A stretch of DNA of 64,000 nucleotides from an uncultured Kiritimatiellota bacterium (GCA_934675625.1 CAKURH010000004.1:640-64639), one strand, 5' to 3'. Shown: positions 18,466 through 27,788, counted from the stretch's first letter. The notes: a model not told the origin generated them from the sequence alone. Translations and numbers: made by a program.

Positions 18466-19857
18466 ATGAACCGACGCGGATTTCTTGGGTCGCTGGCGGC
18501 GCTGGGCGCCGTCCAGCTTCTGCCGGGCTGCCTCTCGGCGAAGGCGTATCGGGCGAACGGCAAGGTGCGGCTCGCCGCGATTGGCTGCGGCGCGCAGGCG
18601 TGGTATGACATCCGCCGGTTCGCGCAGCACGCGGACATCTGCGAGATCGTCGCGCTCTGCGACACGGACATCGGCGCGCCGCACACGCAGGAGGCGCTGA
18701 AGGCCTATCCGGACGTGCCGCGCTTCCAGGACTTCCGCAAGATGTTCGATGTGCTGGCGGACGGAATCGACGCGGTTCTGGTCGGCACGCCCGACCACTC
18801 GCACTTCTGCGCCTGCCAGCACGCGATGCGCCTCGGCAAGGCCGTCTACGTCGAGAAGCCGCTCGCGCACTCGTTCCGCGAATGCGAGCTGCTGCGGCGG
18901 ACGGCGGCGGAGACGGGCGTCGTCACGCAGATGGGCAATCAGGGCCATTCGGGCGACAACTTCTACCAGTACCGCGCGTACGCCGCGTCGGGCGTCCTGA
19001 AGGACGTCACGAAGGTCGTCGCGCACATGAACATGCAGCGCCGCTGGCACAAGTGGGGCGGGAAGACCGCGTCCTACCCGAAAGGCGAGCCGCTGCCGAA
19101 GACGCTCGACTGGGACGCCTGGGTCTCGTCCGCGCCCTATCACGACTTCTCGAAGGATCTCGCGTACGGCGAGTGGCGCTGCTGGTACGACTACGGCAAC
19201 GGCTGCATGGGCGACTGGGGTGCGCACATCCTCGATGGCGTCCACCGCTTCACGCTCCACGGCGACCTGCCGGTCGAGGTGAAGATCTCGAACGTGACGG
19301 GGTGGAACCCGTACGTCTTCCCGATTCAGGACACGCTGACGATGGACTTCGCGGCGGGGAACGGACATGGCGACGTCACGCTCGAATGGTACGAGGGCCT
19401 CGACAACCAACCGAAGCTGCCGAAAGGCTTTCGCTACGCGAACAACGAGGGGCTGTTCCCGGCCTCGACCGCGAACGACGGGCTGATCGACCCGACGCTG
19501 AAGCCGGGCAAGGAGATCTACCTGAAGGACGGCACGGTTTGGCAGGGGCTCTCGCACGCCGCGACACTCGTGCGCGTCGGTTCGCAGGACGCGCCCGTGC
19601 CGGCGTTCGAGAAGGCGCCGTGCGACCACTGGCGCAACTTCCTGCTGGCCGTCCGGGGCGAGATGGAGGCGCACAGCCCGTTCGCCGTCACGGCTCCGCT
19701 GTCGGAGATCTTCTGCCTCGGTGTCGCCGCCCAGCGGCTGAACCGCGGCTTTCGCTTCGATCCGGCGACGCGCCGCGCCATTGGCGACGAGGAGGTCAAC
19801 CGCCTCTTGGACGGCCCCGCGCCGCGCAAGGGTTGGGAGGCGTATTACGAAAGTTGA
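18466..19857 (+). CDS. Gfo/Idh/MocA-family oxidoreductase with twin-arginine signal
   Basis: The TAT motif is NRRGFLGSLAALGA, the Rossmann fold starts at VRLAAIGCGAQ, and ..VGTPDHSH is present. Confidence 0.8.
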   Translation: MNRRGFLGSLAALGAVQLLPGCLSAKAYRANGKVRLAAIGCGAQAWYDIRRFAQHADICEIVALCDTDIGAPHTQEALKAYPDVPRFQDFRKMFDVLADGIDAVLVGTPDHSHFCACQHAMRLGKAVYVEKPLAHSFRECELLRRTAAETGVVTQMGNQGHSGDNFYQYRAYAASGVLKDVTKVVAHMNMQRRWHKWGGKTASYPKGEPLPKTLDWDAWVSSAPYHDFSKDLAYGEWRCWYDYGNGCMGDWGAHILDGVHRFTLHGDLPVEVKISNVTGWNPYVFPIQDTLTMDFAAGNGHGDVTLEWYEGLDNQPKLPKGFRYANNEGLFPASTANDGLIDPTLKPGKEIYLKDGTVWQGLSHAATLVRVGSQDAPVPAFEKAPCDHWRNFLLAVRGEMEAHSPFAVTAPLSEIFCLGVAAQRLNRGFRFDPATRRAIGDEEVNRLLDGPAPRKGWEAYYES

Positions 19858-19870
19858 TTCAGGAGCAGGA

Positions 19871-19964
19871 ATTTCAGATTTCAAATTTCAAATTGCAAAT
19901 TGAGGTCTTAATCTTAAGTCTTATCTTAGATCTTAAATTTTAAATCTTAAATCAAAAATTCAAA
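19871..19964. repeat. AT-rich degenerate 7-bp tandem repeats filling the intergenic spacer
   Basis: ATTTCAG/ATTTCAA/ATTTCAA/ATTGCAA occupy 19871-19898. About nine TCTTAA(R)-like units follow at 19905-19964. The spacer 19858-19968 has 28 G+C in 111 nt by my count. Confidence 0.8.
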
Positions 19965-19968
19965 TCAG

Positions 19969-21459
19969 ATGACAACGCAATCCAAAATGACCAACTTTCG
20001 GTGGATGATCTGCTCGCTGCTCTTCTTCGCGACGACGGTGAACTACCTCGACCGGCAGGTCCTCTCCCTCACGTGGAAGGACTTCATCGCGCCGGAGTTC
20101 CACTGGACAGACGCCGACTACGGCATCATCACGGGATACTTCTCGCTCATCTACGCCTTCTGCAACCTGTTCGCCGGCAAGTTCGTCGACTGGATGGGCA
20201 CGAAGAAGGGCTACGCCTGGGCGATCTTCATCTGGTCGCTTGCGGCCTGCCTGCACGCCTTCTGCGGCTGGGGCACGTATCACCTCGTCGACGGCGTCGA
20301 CTCGATCGCCGCGATGAAGACGCTCCAGGCCGGCAGCGCGCTCGCGCTCTCCGTCGCATCCGTCTCGGTCTGGCTCTTCCTCGGCTGCCGGTGCCTGCTC
20401 GCGCTCGGCGAGGCGGGGAACTTCCCGGCGGCGATCAAGGTGACGGCCGAATACTTCCCTCCGAAAGACCGCGCGTTCTCGACGTCGATCTTCAACGCGG
20501 GCTCGTCCGTCGGCGCGCTCGTCGCGCCCGCGACGATTCCGCTCATCGCCGAATGGTGCGGCTGGGAAATGGCGTTCATCATCATCGGCGCGCTCGGCTT
20601 CGTCTGGATGGGCTTCTGGCAGTTCCTCTACAGGAAGCCGGCGGAGAACCCGCGCGTCAACGCGGCGGAGCTCGCGTATATCAGCGAGGGAGAGGGAACG
20701 GGGAACGGGGAAGAGGGAAGTGGAAAAGGCGGTCGAACGGACGGGGCCTCGGGCGGCCCCGCGCCCCTGCCCAAGGAGAAGGGCATTTCCTACTTGAAGG
20801 CCTTCTCGCTGCGTCAGACGTGGTCGCTCATCTGCGGGCGCGTGCTGACGGATGGCGTGTGGTGGTTCTTCCTCTTCTGGACGCCGGGCTACCTCTCTGA
20901 CCAGTTCGGCTACAAGAGCTCGTCCGGCATGGGCATGGCGCTCATCGTCACGCTCTACGCGATCGTCACCTTCGCGTCGATCTACCTCTGCAAGCTGCCG
21001 ACGTACATGGTCGAGAAGAAGGGCATGAACCCGTATGAGGGCCGCATGGTCGCGATGTTCCTCTTCGCGTGCCTGCCGCTTCTCGCGCTCGGCGCGCAGC
21101 CGCTCGGCGCCGTGAGCGCGTGGTTCCCGGCGATCCTGATCGGCTTCGCGTGCGCGGGGCACCAGGCCTGGAGCGCGAACATCTACTCGTGCGTCTCGGA
21201 CATGTTCCCGAAGAGCTGCATCGGTACGCTCACGGGCATTGCGCAGTGCGCGGCGGGCCTCGGCTCCTTCGCGATCAACATCTGCGCGGGCGAGCTTTTC
21301 ACCTACGCGGCCGGGAAAGGCGACGCCTTCGCGTTCTGCGGTTACACGGGCAAGCCCGCCGGCTACATGATCGTCTTCTGCTACTGCGCCGTCGCCTACC
21401 TCATCGGCTGGGCCTGCATGAAGACGCTCGTGCCGAAATACAAGAAGGTTGAACTGTAA
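19969..21459 (+). CDS. exuT: MFS transporter, hexuronate (ExuT)-like
   Basis: FFATTVNYLDRQVLS.. is typical of the ACS/ExuT family, and about 12 TM segments are present. The genomic context is uxaC and kdgK. A Gly/Glu-rich insert sits in the central loop. Confidence 0.7.
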   Translation: MTTQSKMTNFRWMICSLLFFATTVNYLDRQVLSLTWKDFIAPEFHWTDADYGIITGYFSLIYAFCNLFAGKFVDWMGTKKGYAWAIFIWSLAACLHAFCGWGTYHLVDGVDSIAAMKTLQAGSALALSVASVSVWLFLGCRCLLALGEAGNFPAAIKVTAEYFPPKDRAFSTSIFNAGSSVGALVAPATIPLIAEWCGWEMAFIIIGALGFVWMGFWQFLYRKPAENPRVNAAELAYISEGEGTGNGEEGSGKGGRTDGASGGPAPLPKEKGISYLKAFSLRQTWSLICGRVLTDGVWWFFLFWTPGYLSDQFGYKSSSGMGMALIVTLYAIVTFASIYLCKLPTYMVEKKGMNPYEGRMVAMFLFACLPLLALGAQPLGAVSAWFPAILIGFACAGHQAWSANIYSCVSDMFPKSCIGTLTGIAQCAAGLGSFAINICAGELFTYAAGKGDAFAFCGYTGKPAGYMIVFCYCAVAYLIGWACMKTLVPKYKKVEL

Positions 21460-22532
21460 TGAAAATCAAGAAGAACGCCAAGTACGCCGTCGCCTGCCTG
21501 TCCTCGATGGGCCTGCGCATCACCCCCGAAAACCGCATGGCGGTTCACAACTCGAACCGATTCATCCTCCAGGCGACGAGCGCCGAGACGAACGTCCTCA
21601 ACGTGACGAGCTCGCTTGGACGCGAATGCCTCGTGATGACGCGCTTCGTCGAGGGCTCACCGATGGCCGCCTTCATCAAGGCGCAGCTCCGCGCGCGCAA
21701 CATCGCCTACGTCGGGCCGGACGTGCCGCAGGGCGGCCCGTGGGGCTACCGCCACCAGTTCAACATCGCCGACTCGGGCTTCGGCCTCCGCGCGCCGCGC
21801 GTCTGGAACGACCGCGCGGGCGAGGTCGGGCGCACGCTTGACGCGAAGGACTACGACACGAAGCGCCTCTTCGGCACGGACGGCGTGCAGGTGCTGCACC
21901 TCTCCGGCCTCATCGCGGCGATGTCGCCCGAGACGACGAAGTGCTGCCTCAAGCTCGCGGCGGACGCCAAGAAGTTCGGCGTGCTCGTCTCCTTCGACCT
22001 CAACTACCGCGCGACGTTCTGGAAGGGCCGCGAGGCCGAGCTCCGAAAGGCGTTCCACCAGATCGCCTCGGTCGCGGACATCCTCGTCGGCAACGAGGAG
22101 GACTTCCAGCTCTGCCTCGGCTTCAAGGGCCCGGAGGCGGGCGGCAAGGACCTCGCCGGCAAGATCGAGCGCTTCAAGGAGATGATCCTGAAGGTCACGG
22201 AGAAGTATCCGAACGCGAAGCTCTACGGCACGACGCTGCGCCAGGTCGTCTCGGCGGACGAGCATCTCTGGGGCGCGATCGTCTACGACGGGAAGAAGTT
22301 CCACGTCGAGGAGCCGCGCACGATCAAGGTGCTGGACCGCATCGGCGGCGGCGACGGCTTCACGGGCGGCCTCCTCTACGGCGTCATCAACGGCTGGGAC
22401 GCCGCGCGGTGCCTCCAGTTCGGCTGGGCCTCGGGCGTGCTCGCGGCCTCGTCGCTGAACGACTACGCCGAGCCGGCGGACGAGAAGCAGGTCTGGGACG
22501 TGTACGCGGGGAACGCCCGCGTCCAGCGGTAA
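21459..22532 (+). CDS. kdgK: PfkB-family sugar kinase, probable 2-dehydro-3-deoxygluconokinase
   Basis: The PfkB signature DRIGGGDGFTGG is present. The gene shares a TAATG overlap with the exuT-like gene and sits in a hexuronate context. Confidence 0.7.
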   Translation: MKIKKNAKYAVACLSSMGLRITPENRMAVHNSNRFILQATSAETNVLNVTSSLGRECLVMTRFVEGSPMAAFIKAQLRARNIAYVGPDVPQGGPWGYRHQFNIADSGFGLRAPRVWNDRAGEVGRTLDAKDYDTKRLFGTDGVQVLHLSGLIAAMSPETTKCCLKLAADAKKFGVLVSFDLNYRATFWKGREAELRKAFHQIASVADILVGNEEDFQLCLGFKGPEAGGKDLAGKIERFKEMILKVTEKYPNAKLYGTTLRQVVSADEHLWGAIVYDGKKFHVEEPRTIKVLDRIGGGDGFTGGLLYGVINGWDAARCLQFGWASGVLAASSLNDYAEPADEKQVWDVYAGNARVQR

Positions 22533-22569
22533 TGAATAATCGAATAGTCGAATTGGTGAATAATCGAAT
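22533..22569. repeat. AT-rich 8-bp tandem repeat / 13-bp direct repeat in the kdgK-gnd spacer
   Basis: TGAATAATCGAAT occurs at 22533-22545 and again at 22557-22569. The 8-mers AATCGAAT, AGTCGAAT, TGGTGAAT and AATCGAAT are contiguous. Confidence 0.8.
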
Positions 22570-22586
22570 CGAAAAGGTAAATTGCC

Positions 22587-24041
22587 ATGAAAAAAGCTGA
22601 CATCGGTCTCATTGGCCTCGCCGTCATGGGCGAGAACCTCATCATGAACATGGAGTCGAAGGGCTTCACCGTCGCGTGCTACAACCGTACGACGGAGAAG
22701 GTCGACGCCTTCGTCAACGGACGCGCGAAGGGCAAGAACATCATCGGCTGTCACTCGATCGCGGAACTCGTCGCGAATCTGGAGAAGCCGCGCAAGGTCT
22801 TCTGCATGGTCAAGGCGGGCGCGGCGGTCGACGCGATGATCGACCAGCTCATCCCCGCGCTGGAGCCGGGCGACATCATCATCGACGGCGGCAACAGCCA
22901 CTTCCCGGACACGATCCGCCGCACGAAGTACGTCGAGTCGAAGGGGCTGCTCTTCATCGGCACGGGCGTCTCCGGCGGCGAGGAGGGCGCGCTCAAGGGC
23001 CCGTCGATGATGCCGGGCGGCTCGCCGGCGGCGTGGCCGTTCGTCAAGCCCATCCTCCAGGCCATCTGCGCGAAGGTCGAGGACGGCTCGCCCTGCTGCG
23101 ACTGGGTCGGCGAGAACGGCGCCGGGCACTTCGTCAAGATGGTGCACAACGGCATCGAGTACGGCGACATGCAGCTCATCTGCGAGAGCTACCAGCTCAT
23201 GCGCGACCTGCTCGGAATGTCCGACGACGAGATGCACGAGGTGTTCAAAAAGTGGAACGAGACGGAGCTCGACAGCTACCTCATCGAGATTACGCGCGAC
23301 ATCCTCGCCTACAAGGACACGGACGGTTCGCCGCTCGTGGAGAAGATCCTCGACACGGCCGGACAGAAGGGCACGGGCAAGTGGACGGGCATCGCCGCGC
23401 TGGACGAGGGCGTGCCGCTGACGCTCATCGGCGAGGCCGTGTTCGCACGCTGCCTCTCTGCGATGAAGGACGACCGCGTGACGGCCGCGAAGGCCTACGC
23501 GCGCCAGATCCCCGCGTTCGCGGGCGACAAGGCGGCGTTCATCGAGTCGATCCGCCAGGCGCTCTATGCGGCGAAGATCGTCTCCTATGCGCAGGGCTAC
23601 ACGCTCATGCGCACGGCGGCGAAGACGTACGGCTGGAACCTCAACTACGGCGGCATCGCGCTCATGTGGCGCGGCGGCTGCATCATCCGCTCGGTTTTTC
23701 TCGGCAAGATCAAGGAGGCGTACGACCGCGACCCGCAGCTCGCGAACCTGCTGCTCGACCCCTACTTCAAGGGCGTGATCGAGAAGCTCGTCCCGGCGTG
23801 GCGGCAGGTCGCGGCGGCGGCGTGCCAGTACGGCATCCCGGCGCCGACGATGACCTCGGCGCTCAGCTACTTCGACGGCTACACGACGGCACGGCTGCCG
23901 GCGAACCTCCTGCAGGCGCAGCGCGACTACTTCGGCGCGCACACCTACGAGCGGCTCGACGCGCCGCGCGGCCAGTTCTTCCACACGAACTGGACGGGCC
24001 ACGGCGGCAACACGACCGCCCAGACCTACATCGCCGGCTGA
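22587..24041 (+). CDS. gnd: 6-phosphogluconate dehydrogenase, decarboxylating
   Basis: ADIGLIGLAVMGENLIMN..; the 484-aa length and motifs throughout fit Gnd. Confidence 0.9.
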   Translation: MKKADIGLIGLAVMGENLIMNMESKGFTVACYNRTTEKVDAFVNGRAKGKNIIGCHSIAELVANLEKPRKVFCMVKAGAAVDAMIDQLIPALEPGDIIIDGGNSHFPDTIRRTKYVESKGLLFIGTGVSGGEEGALKGPSMMPGGSPAAWPFVKPILQAICAKVEDGSPCCDWVGENGAGHFVKMVHNGIEYGDMQLICESYQLMRDLLGMSDDEMHEVFKKWNETELDSYLIEITRDILAYKDTDGSPLVEKILDTAGQKGTGKWTGIAALDEGVPLTLIGEAVFARCLSAMKDDRVTAAKAYARQIPAFAGDKAAFIESIRQALYAAKIVSYAQGYTLMRTAAKTYGWNLNYGGIALMWRGGCIIRSVFLGKIKEAYDRDPQLANLLLDPYFKGVIEKLVPAWRQVAAAACQYGIPAPTMTSALSYFDGYTTARLPANLLQAQRDYFGAHTYERLDAPRGQFFHTNWTGHGGNTTAQTYIAG

Positions 24042-24106
24042 CGGGCCACAGGCGGTGTCCGACGTGCGTCTGTCACGCGCGCGGCTTGCGGGCGAGCGGA
24101 GCAAGA

Positions 24107-24115
24107 TGGTATAAT
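24107..24115 (+). promoter_or_regulatory. extended -10 element TGGTATAAT, 8 nt upstream of ATG 24124 (leaderless type)
   Basis: Exact TGnTATAAT match. Confidence 0.55.
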
Positions 24116-24123
24116 CTGCGGCC

Positions 24124-25023
24124 ATGAAGATTTCAGAGATCATGGCGGCCGGGCGTCCGAGCCTGTCCTTCGAGGTGTTCCCCCCGAAGCGTCGGACGGC
24201 GTCCGATGCCGACGCGGAGCGCGCGGCGATGGAACGGACGAAGCGCGTCGTCCGCGAGATTGCCGCCGCGCACCCCGCGTTCATGTCCGTCACCTACGGG
24301 GCGGCGGGCGGCACGACGGGCGCGAACACGTGCGAACTCGCGCGGTTCGTGCAGGACGACTGCGGCGTGCCGGCGCTTGCGCACATGACGTGCATCGCCG
24401 CCGACCGCGCGAAGGTGGCGGACGAGGTGCGGGGCTTCCGCGCGGCTGGTGTCGAGAACATCCTCTGCCTGCGCGGGGACTGTCCCCCCGACACGGAGTT
24501 CCCCGGCAATCCCGCGTTCTGCCACGCGGCGGATCTCGTGCGGGCGCTGAAGGGCGAGGGCTTCTGCCTCGGCGGCGCGTGCTATCCAGAGGGGCATCCC
24601 GAATGTGCGCACCTCGCGGACGACCTTGCGCACGTGCGCGAGAAGGTCGAGGCGGGGCTGGACTTCCTCACGACGCAGATGTTCTTCGACAACAACGTCC
24701 TTTTCCACTATCTCGCGCGGCTTCGGACGGCGGGCGTGACGGTGCCGGTCGTCGCGGGCGTCATGCCCGTCACGAACGGCAAGCAGATCCAGCGCATCTG
24801 CGCGCTGTCGGGCACGTACCTGCCGCCGCGCTTCCGGGCGATTGTCGACCGCTTCGGCGACGATCCGGTCGCGATGCTGGACGCGGGCGTCGCGTACGCG
24901 ACCGAGCAGATCGTCGACCTCTTCGCGAACGACGTCCGCAACGTCCACGTCTACACGATGAACAAGCCGGAAGTCGCCATCCGGATCATGCGGAACCTCC
25001 ATGGCATCGTCGGCGCCCATTGA
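24124..25023 (+). CDS. metF: 5,10-methylenetetrahydrofolate reductase
   Basis: ..PSLSFEVFPPK.. at the N-terminus, ..CLRGD.. and ..TQMFFD.. are MetF motifs. Confidence 0.85.
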   Translation: MKISEIMAAGRPSLSFEVFPPKRRTASDADAERAAMERTKRVVREIAAAHPAFMSVTYGAAGGTTGANTCELARFVQDDCGVPALAHMTCIAADRAKVADEVRGFRAAGVENILCLRGDCPPDTEFPGNPAFCHAADLVRALKGEGFCLGGACYPEGHPECAHLADDLAHVREKVEAGLDFLTTQMFFDNNVLFHYLARLRTAGVTVPVVAGVMPVTNGKQIQRICALSGTYLPPRFRAIVDRFGDDPVAMLDAGVAYATEQIVDLFANDVRNVHVYTMNKPEVAIRIMRNLHGIVGAH

Positions 25024-25405
25024 ACGGCGCGGCCTCTGGCGGCGCGACGGCGACAGGGTCTACCTCTGCGGAACCCTGGGCGCGGCGTTCGACCGTTGGC
25101 AGCGCGCGCGCGCGGCGGTCAGCGCGGCAGAGGCCTACGAGGCCCAGCGGCTCGGCCTCGTCGAGATTGAGAGGCTGATGGACGAGCTGGAGGCGGCGGC
25201 CCGGCGGGAGGTCGAGTCCGACGGGCGCGCGCGTCTGCTGCCGCGCCGGTCGCCGGGCTACGGCGAGATGCCGCTCGCGTTGAGCCGCGAGATCCTCGAC
25301 AGGCTGGACGCGACGCGGAAAATCGGCGTCGCGCTGACCGAATCCCTGTCGCTCGTCCCGACCAAGTCGGTGACGGCCATCTGCGAAGTGGAATCGAAGA
25401 TATGA
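25001..25405 (+). CDS. stand-alone methionine-synthase activation (AdoMet-binding) domain protein
   Basis: RRSPGYGEMPL..IGVALTESLSLVPTKSVTAI resembles the C-terminal part of the MetH reactivation domain. The gene lies between metF and a MetH that lacks this domain. The exact start is uncertain. Confidence 0.55.
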   Translation: MASSAPIERRGLWRRDGDRVYLCGTLGAAFDRWQRARAAVSAAEAYEAQRLGLVEIERLMDELEAAARREVESDGRARLLPRRSPGYGEMPLALSREILDRLDATRKIGVALTESLSLVPTKSVTAICEVESKI

Positions 25406-27768
25406 AAAACGCATTGTGCATTGCCTTTCTCGATGGCGGGTTTGGGACGATGATCCAGGCGGCGGGGCTGCCCGTCGGCAAGGACCCGTGCGACTGGAAC
25501 GTCGAGAACCCGGCGGCGGTCACGGCGGTGCATCGCGCCTACGTCGCGGCCGGCTCCGAAATCGTCCTCACGAACACGTTCGGCGCGAACCGCCTCAAAT
25601 ACCACGGCGCGCACGACTTGGCGCAGCTGATTCCGGCGGCGATCGCCAACGCGCGCGCGGCGGGCGCGGCGAAGGTCGCGCTCGACCTCGGCCCGACGGG
25701 CAAGCTGCTGAAGCCGGCGGGCGACCTCGACTTCGAGGCGGCTTACGACGCCTTCGCCGAGACGGTTCGCCTGGGGCGGGAGGCCGACCTCCTCTTCATC
25801 GAGACGATGGGCGACGTCTACGAGGTCAAGGCCGCCGTGCTCGCCGCGAAGGAGAACAGCGCGCGGCCCGTCTACGTGACGGTCGCGCTCGGCGAGAACG
25901 GCCAGCTGCTGACGGGCGGCTCGGTCGAATGCGTCGCCGCGCTCCTGGAGTCGCTGGACGTCGCGGCCTATGGCTTCAACTGCGGTCTCGGCCCCGACCG
26001 GATGCTCCCGTTCGTCGAACGGCTTGCACGTGTCTCGACGAAGCCGATCATCGTCAAGCCCAACGCCGGCATGCCGAAGCTCGTGGACGGGCGGACGGTC
26101 TTTCCCGAGACGCCGGACGAGTTTGCCGCGCATGTCGCCGCGCTTGTGCGGGCCGGGGCCTCGATTGTCGGCGGCTGCTGCGGCACGACGCCTGCGCACA
26201 TCGCGGCGGTGACGGCGGCCGACCTGTCGGCGGCGGAACGCGGCGCGGTGCGGCGGACGACCCTCGTCTCCAGCGGCACGGGCGTCGTCACGCTGCGGCC
26301 GCACCAGGGGCTCGTGATCGGCGAGCGCATCAACCCGACGGGCAAGAAGCTGCTGAAGGAGGCGTACGCGAAAGGCGATGTCGCCTATGTGCTGCGCGAG
26401 GCGGTGAAGCAGGTCGATGCGGGCGCGGAGATTCTGGACGTCAACTGCGGCGTGCCGGGGCTGGACGAGGCCGCGCTCATTGAGGCGACGGTTGCGTCCG
26501 TCCAGAGCGTCGCGACGTGTCCGATCCAGATCGACACGGCCGACCCGACGGCTCTCGCGCGGGCGCTCCGGCGCGTGAACGGCAAGCCGCTCGTCAACTC
26601 GGTCAACGGCAAGCGCGCGTCGATGGACGCGGTCTTTCCGCTCGTGCGGAAATACGGCGGGGCGCTCGTCGGGCTGTGCCTGGACGAGGACGGCATCCCG
26701 GCGACGAGCGACGGGCGCGTGGCGATTGCGCGGAAGATTCTTGCGGAGGGCGCGAAATACGGCTTTGCGAAGGAGGATTTCGTCTTCGACGCGCTGACGC
26801 TTGCGGTCTCGGCCGATCCGCACGCGGCCCTCGTCACGCTGGAGACGGTGAAGCGGCTGACGGAGGAGCTCGGCGTCAACACGGTGCTTGGCGTCTCGAA
26901 CGTGAGCTTCGGTCTGCCGAACCGGCCCGTCCTCAACAGCACGATGTTCGCGCTCGCGAAGCGCGCGGGGCTGTCGGCGGCGATTGCGAATCCGTCCGTG
27001 ATCCGTGACGCGGTCGATCCGGCGGCGGAAGACGTGCTGCTCGGCCGCGACCGGAACTGCGAGCGGTGGATCGCCCTGCAGACGGCGGCGTCCGCCGCGC
27101 CGTCGTCGGGCGCAGGGGCTGCGGGTGCGGGCGGCGATCCGCTCGCCGCGCTCGCCGTCGCCGTCCGGCGGGGCCTTCGGGACGACGCGGCGGCGGCGGC
27201 CAAGGCTGCGCTGAAGGGCGGGGCGGAGACGATGACGCTGATCAACGCGGGCATCGTGCCGGCGCTGGAGGAGGTCGGCAGGGGCTTCGAGGCGGGTCGG
27301 GTGTTCCTGCCGCAGCTCCTGATGGCGGCCGATGCGGCGGGCGAGGCGTTCGCGGTCGTCAAGGCGGCGATGGCGGCGCGCGGCGATGCGCGCACGGACG
27401 CCGCCGGATACCCGATCGTGATTGCCACGGTGAAGGGCGACATCCACGACATCGGCAAGAACATCGTCCGCGCGCTGCTGGAGAACTACGGCTTTGACGT
27501 CATCGACCTCGGCCGCGACGTGCCGCCGGAGGAGATCGTCGCGGCGGCGGCGCGGACGCATGCGCGGCTCGTCGGGCTCTCGGCGCTCATGACGACGACC
27601 GTCGGGGCGATGGCGGAGACGATCCGCCAGATCAAGGCGGCGGGGCTGGCCTGCAAGACGGTCGTCGGCGGCGCAGTCGTCACGCAGGAGTTCGCCGACT
27701 CGATCGGCGCCGACTTCTACGGCGGTGACGCGATGAAGACCGTCCGCATTGCGGAGAGCCTCGGATGA
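25402..27768 (+). CDS. metH: methionine synthase (Hcy-binding, pterin-binding and B12-binding modules; no activation domain)
   Basis: ..FLDGGFGTMIQ.. marks the Hcy S-methyltransferase module, followed by a pterin-binding middle region. The B12 motif is ..VKGDIHDIGKNIV.., and the protein ends shortly after. Confidence 0.85.
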   Translation: MKNALCIAFLDGGFGTMIQAAGLPVGKDPCDWNVENPAAVTAVHRAYVAAGSEIVLTNTFGANRLKYHGAHDLAQLIPAAIANARAAGAAKVALDLGPTGKLLKPAGDLDFEAAYDAFAETVRLGREADLLFIETMGDVYEVKAAVLAAKENSARPVYVTVALGENGQLLTGGSVECVAALLESLDVAAYGFNCGLGPDRMLPFVERLARVSTKPIIVKPNAGMPKLVDGRTVFPETPDEFAAHVAALVRAGASIVGGCCGTTPAHIAAVTAADLSAAERGAVRRTTLVSSGTGVVTLRPHQGLVIGERINPTGKKLLKEAYAKGDVAYVLREAVKQVDAGAEILDVNCGVPGLDEAALIEATVASVQSVATCPIQIDTADPTALARALRRVNGKPLVNSVNGKRASMDAVFPLVRKYGGALVGLCLDEDGIPATSDGRVAIARKILAEGAKYGFAKEDFVFDALTLAVSADPHAALVTLETVKRLTEELGVNTVLGVSNVSFGLPNRPVLNSTMFALAKRAGLSAAIANPSVIRDAVDPAAEDVLLGRDRNCERWIALQTAASAAPSSGAGAAGAGGDPLAALAVAVRRGLRDDAAAAAKAALKGGAETMTLINAGIVPALEEVGRGFEAGRVFLPQLLMAADAAGEAFAVVKAAMAARGDARTDAAGYPIVIATVKGDIHDIGKNIVRALLENYGFDVIDLGRDVPPEEIVAAAARTHARLVGLSALMTTTVGAMAETIRQIKAAGLACKTVVGGAVVTQEFADSIGADFYGGDAMKTVRIAESLG

Positions 27769-27788
27769 CGGTTCGCCGCACCTCAATA

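Noticed and set aside
19871-19964. Possible CRISPR or minisatellite array
   Set aside because: The units are only 6-8 bp, degenerate and contiguous with no spacers, and no cas genes are present. It is treated as a simple AT-rich tandem repeat.
21657-24293. 878-aa minus-strand ORF opposite kdgK and gnd. Similar long antisense ORFs lie at 15199-16731, 16728-18686, 18451-19884, 25258-27852, 46568-49027, 49042-51687, 51978-54359 and 58691-60295.
   Set aside because: All lie antisense to genes with strong motif support. Their compositions are dominated by R/A/D/E/H/V/L, and they lack any recognisable domain.
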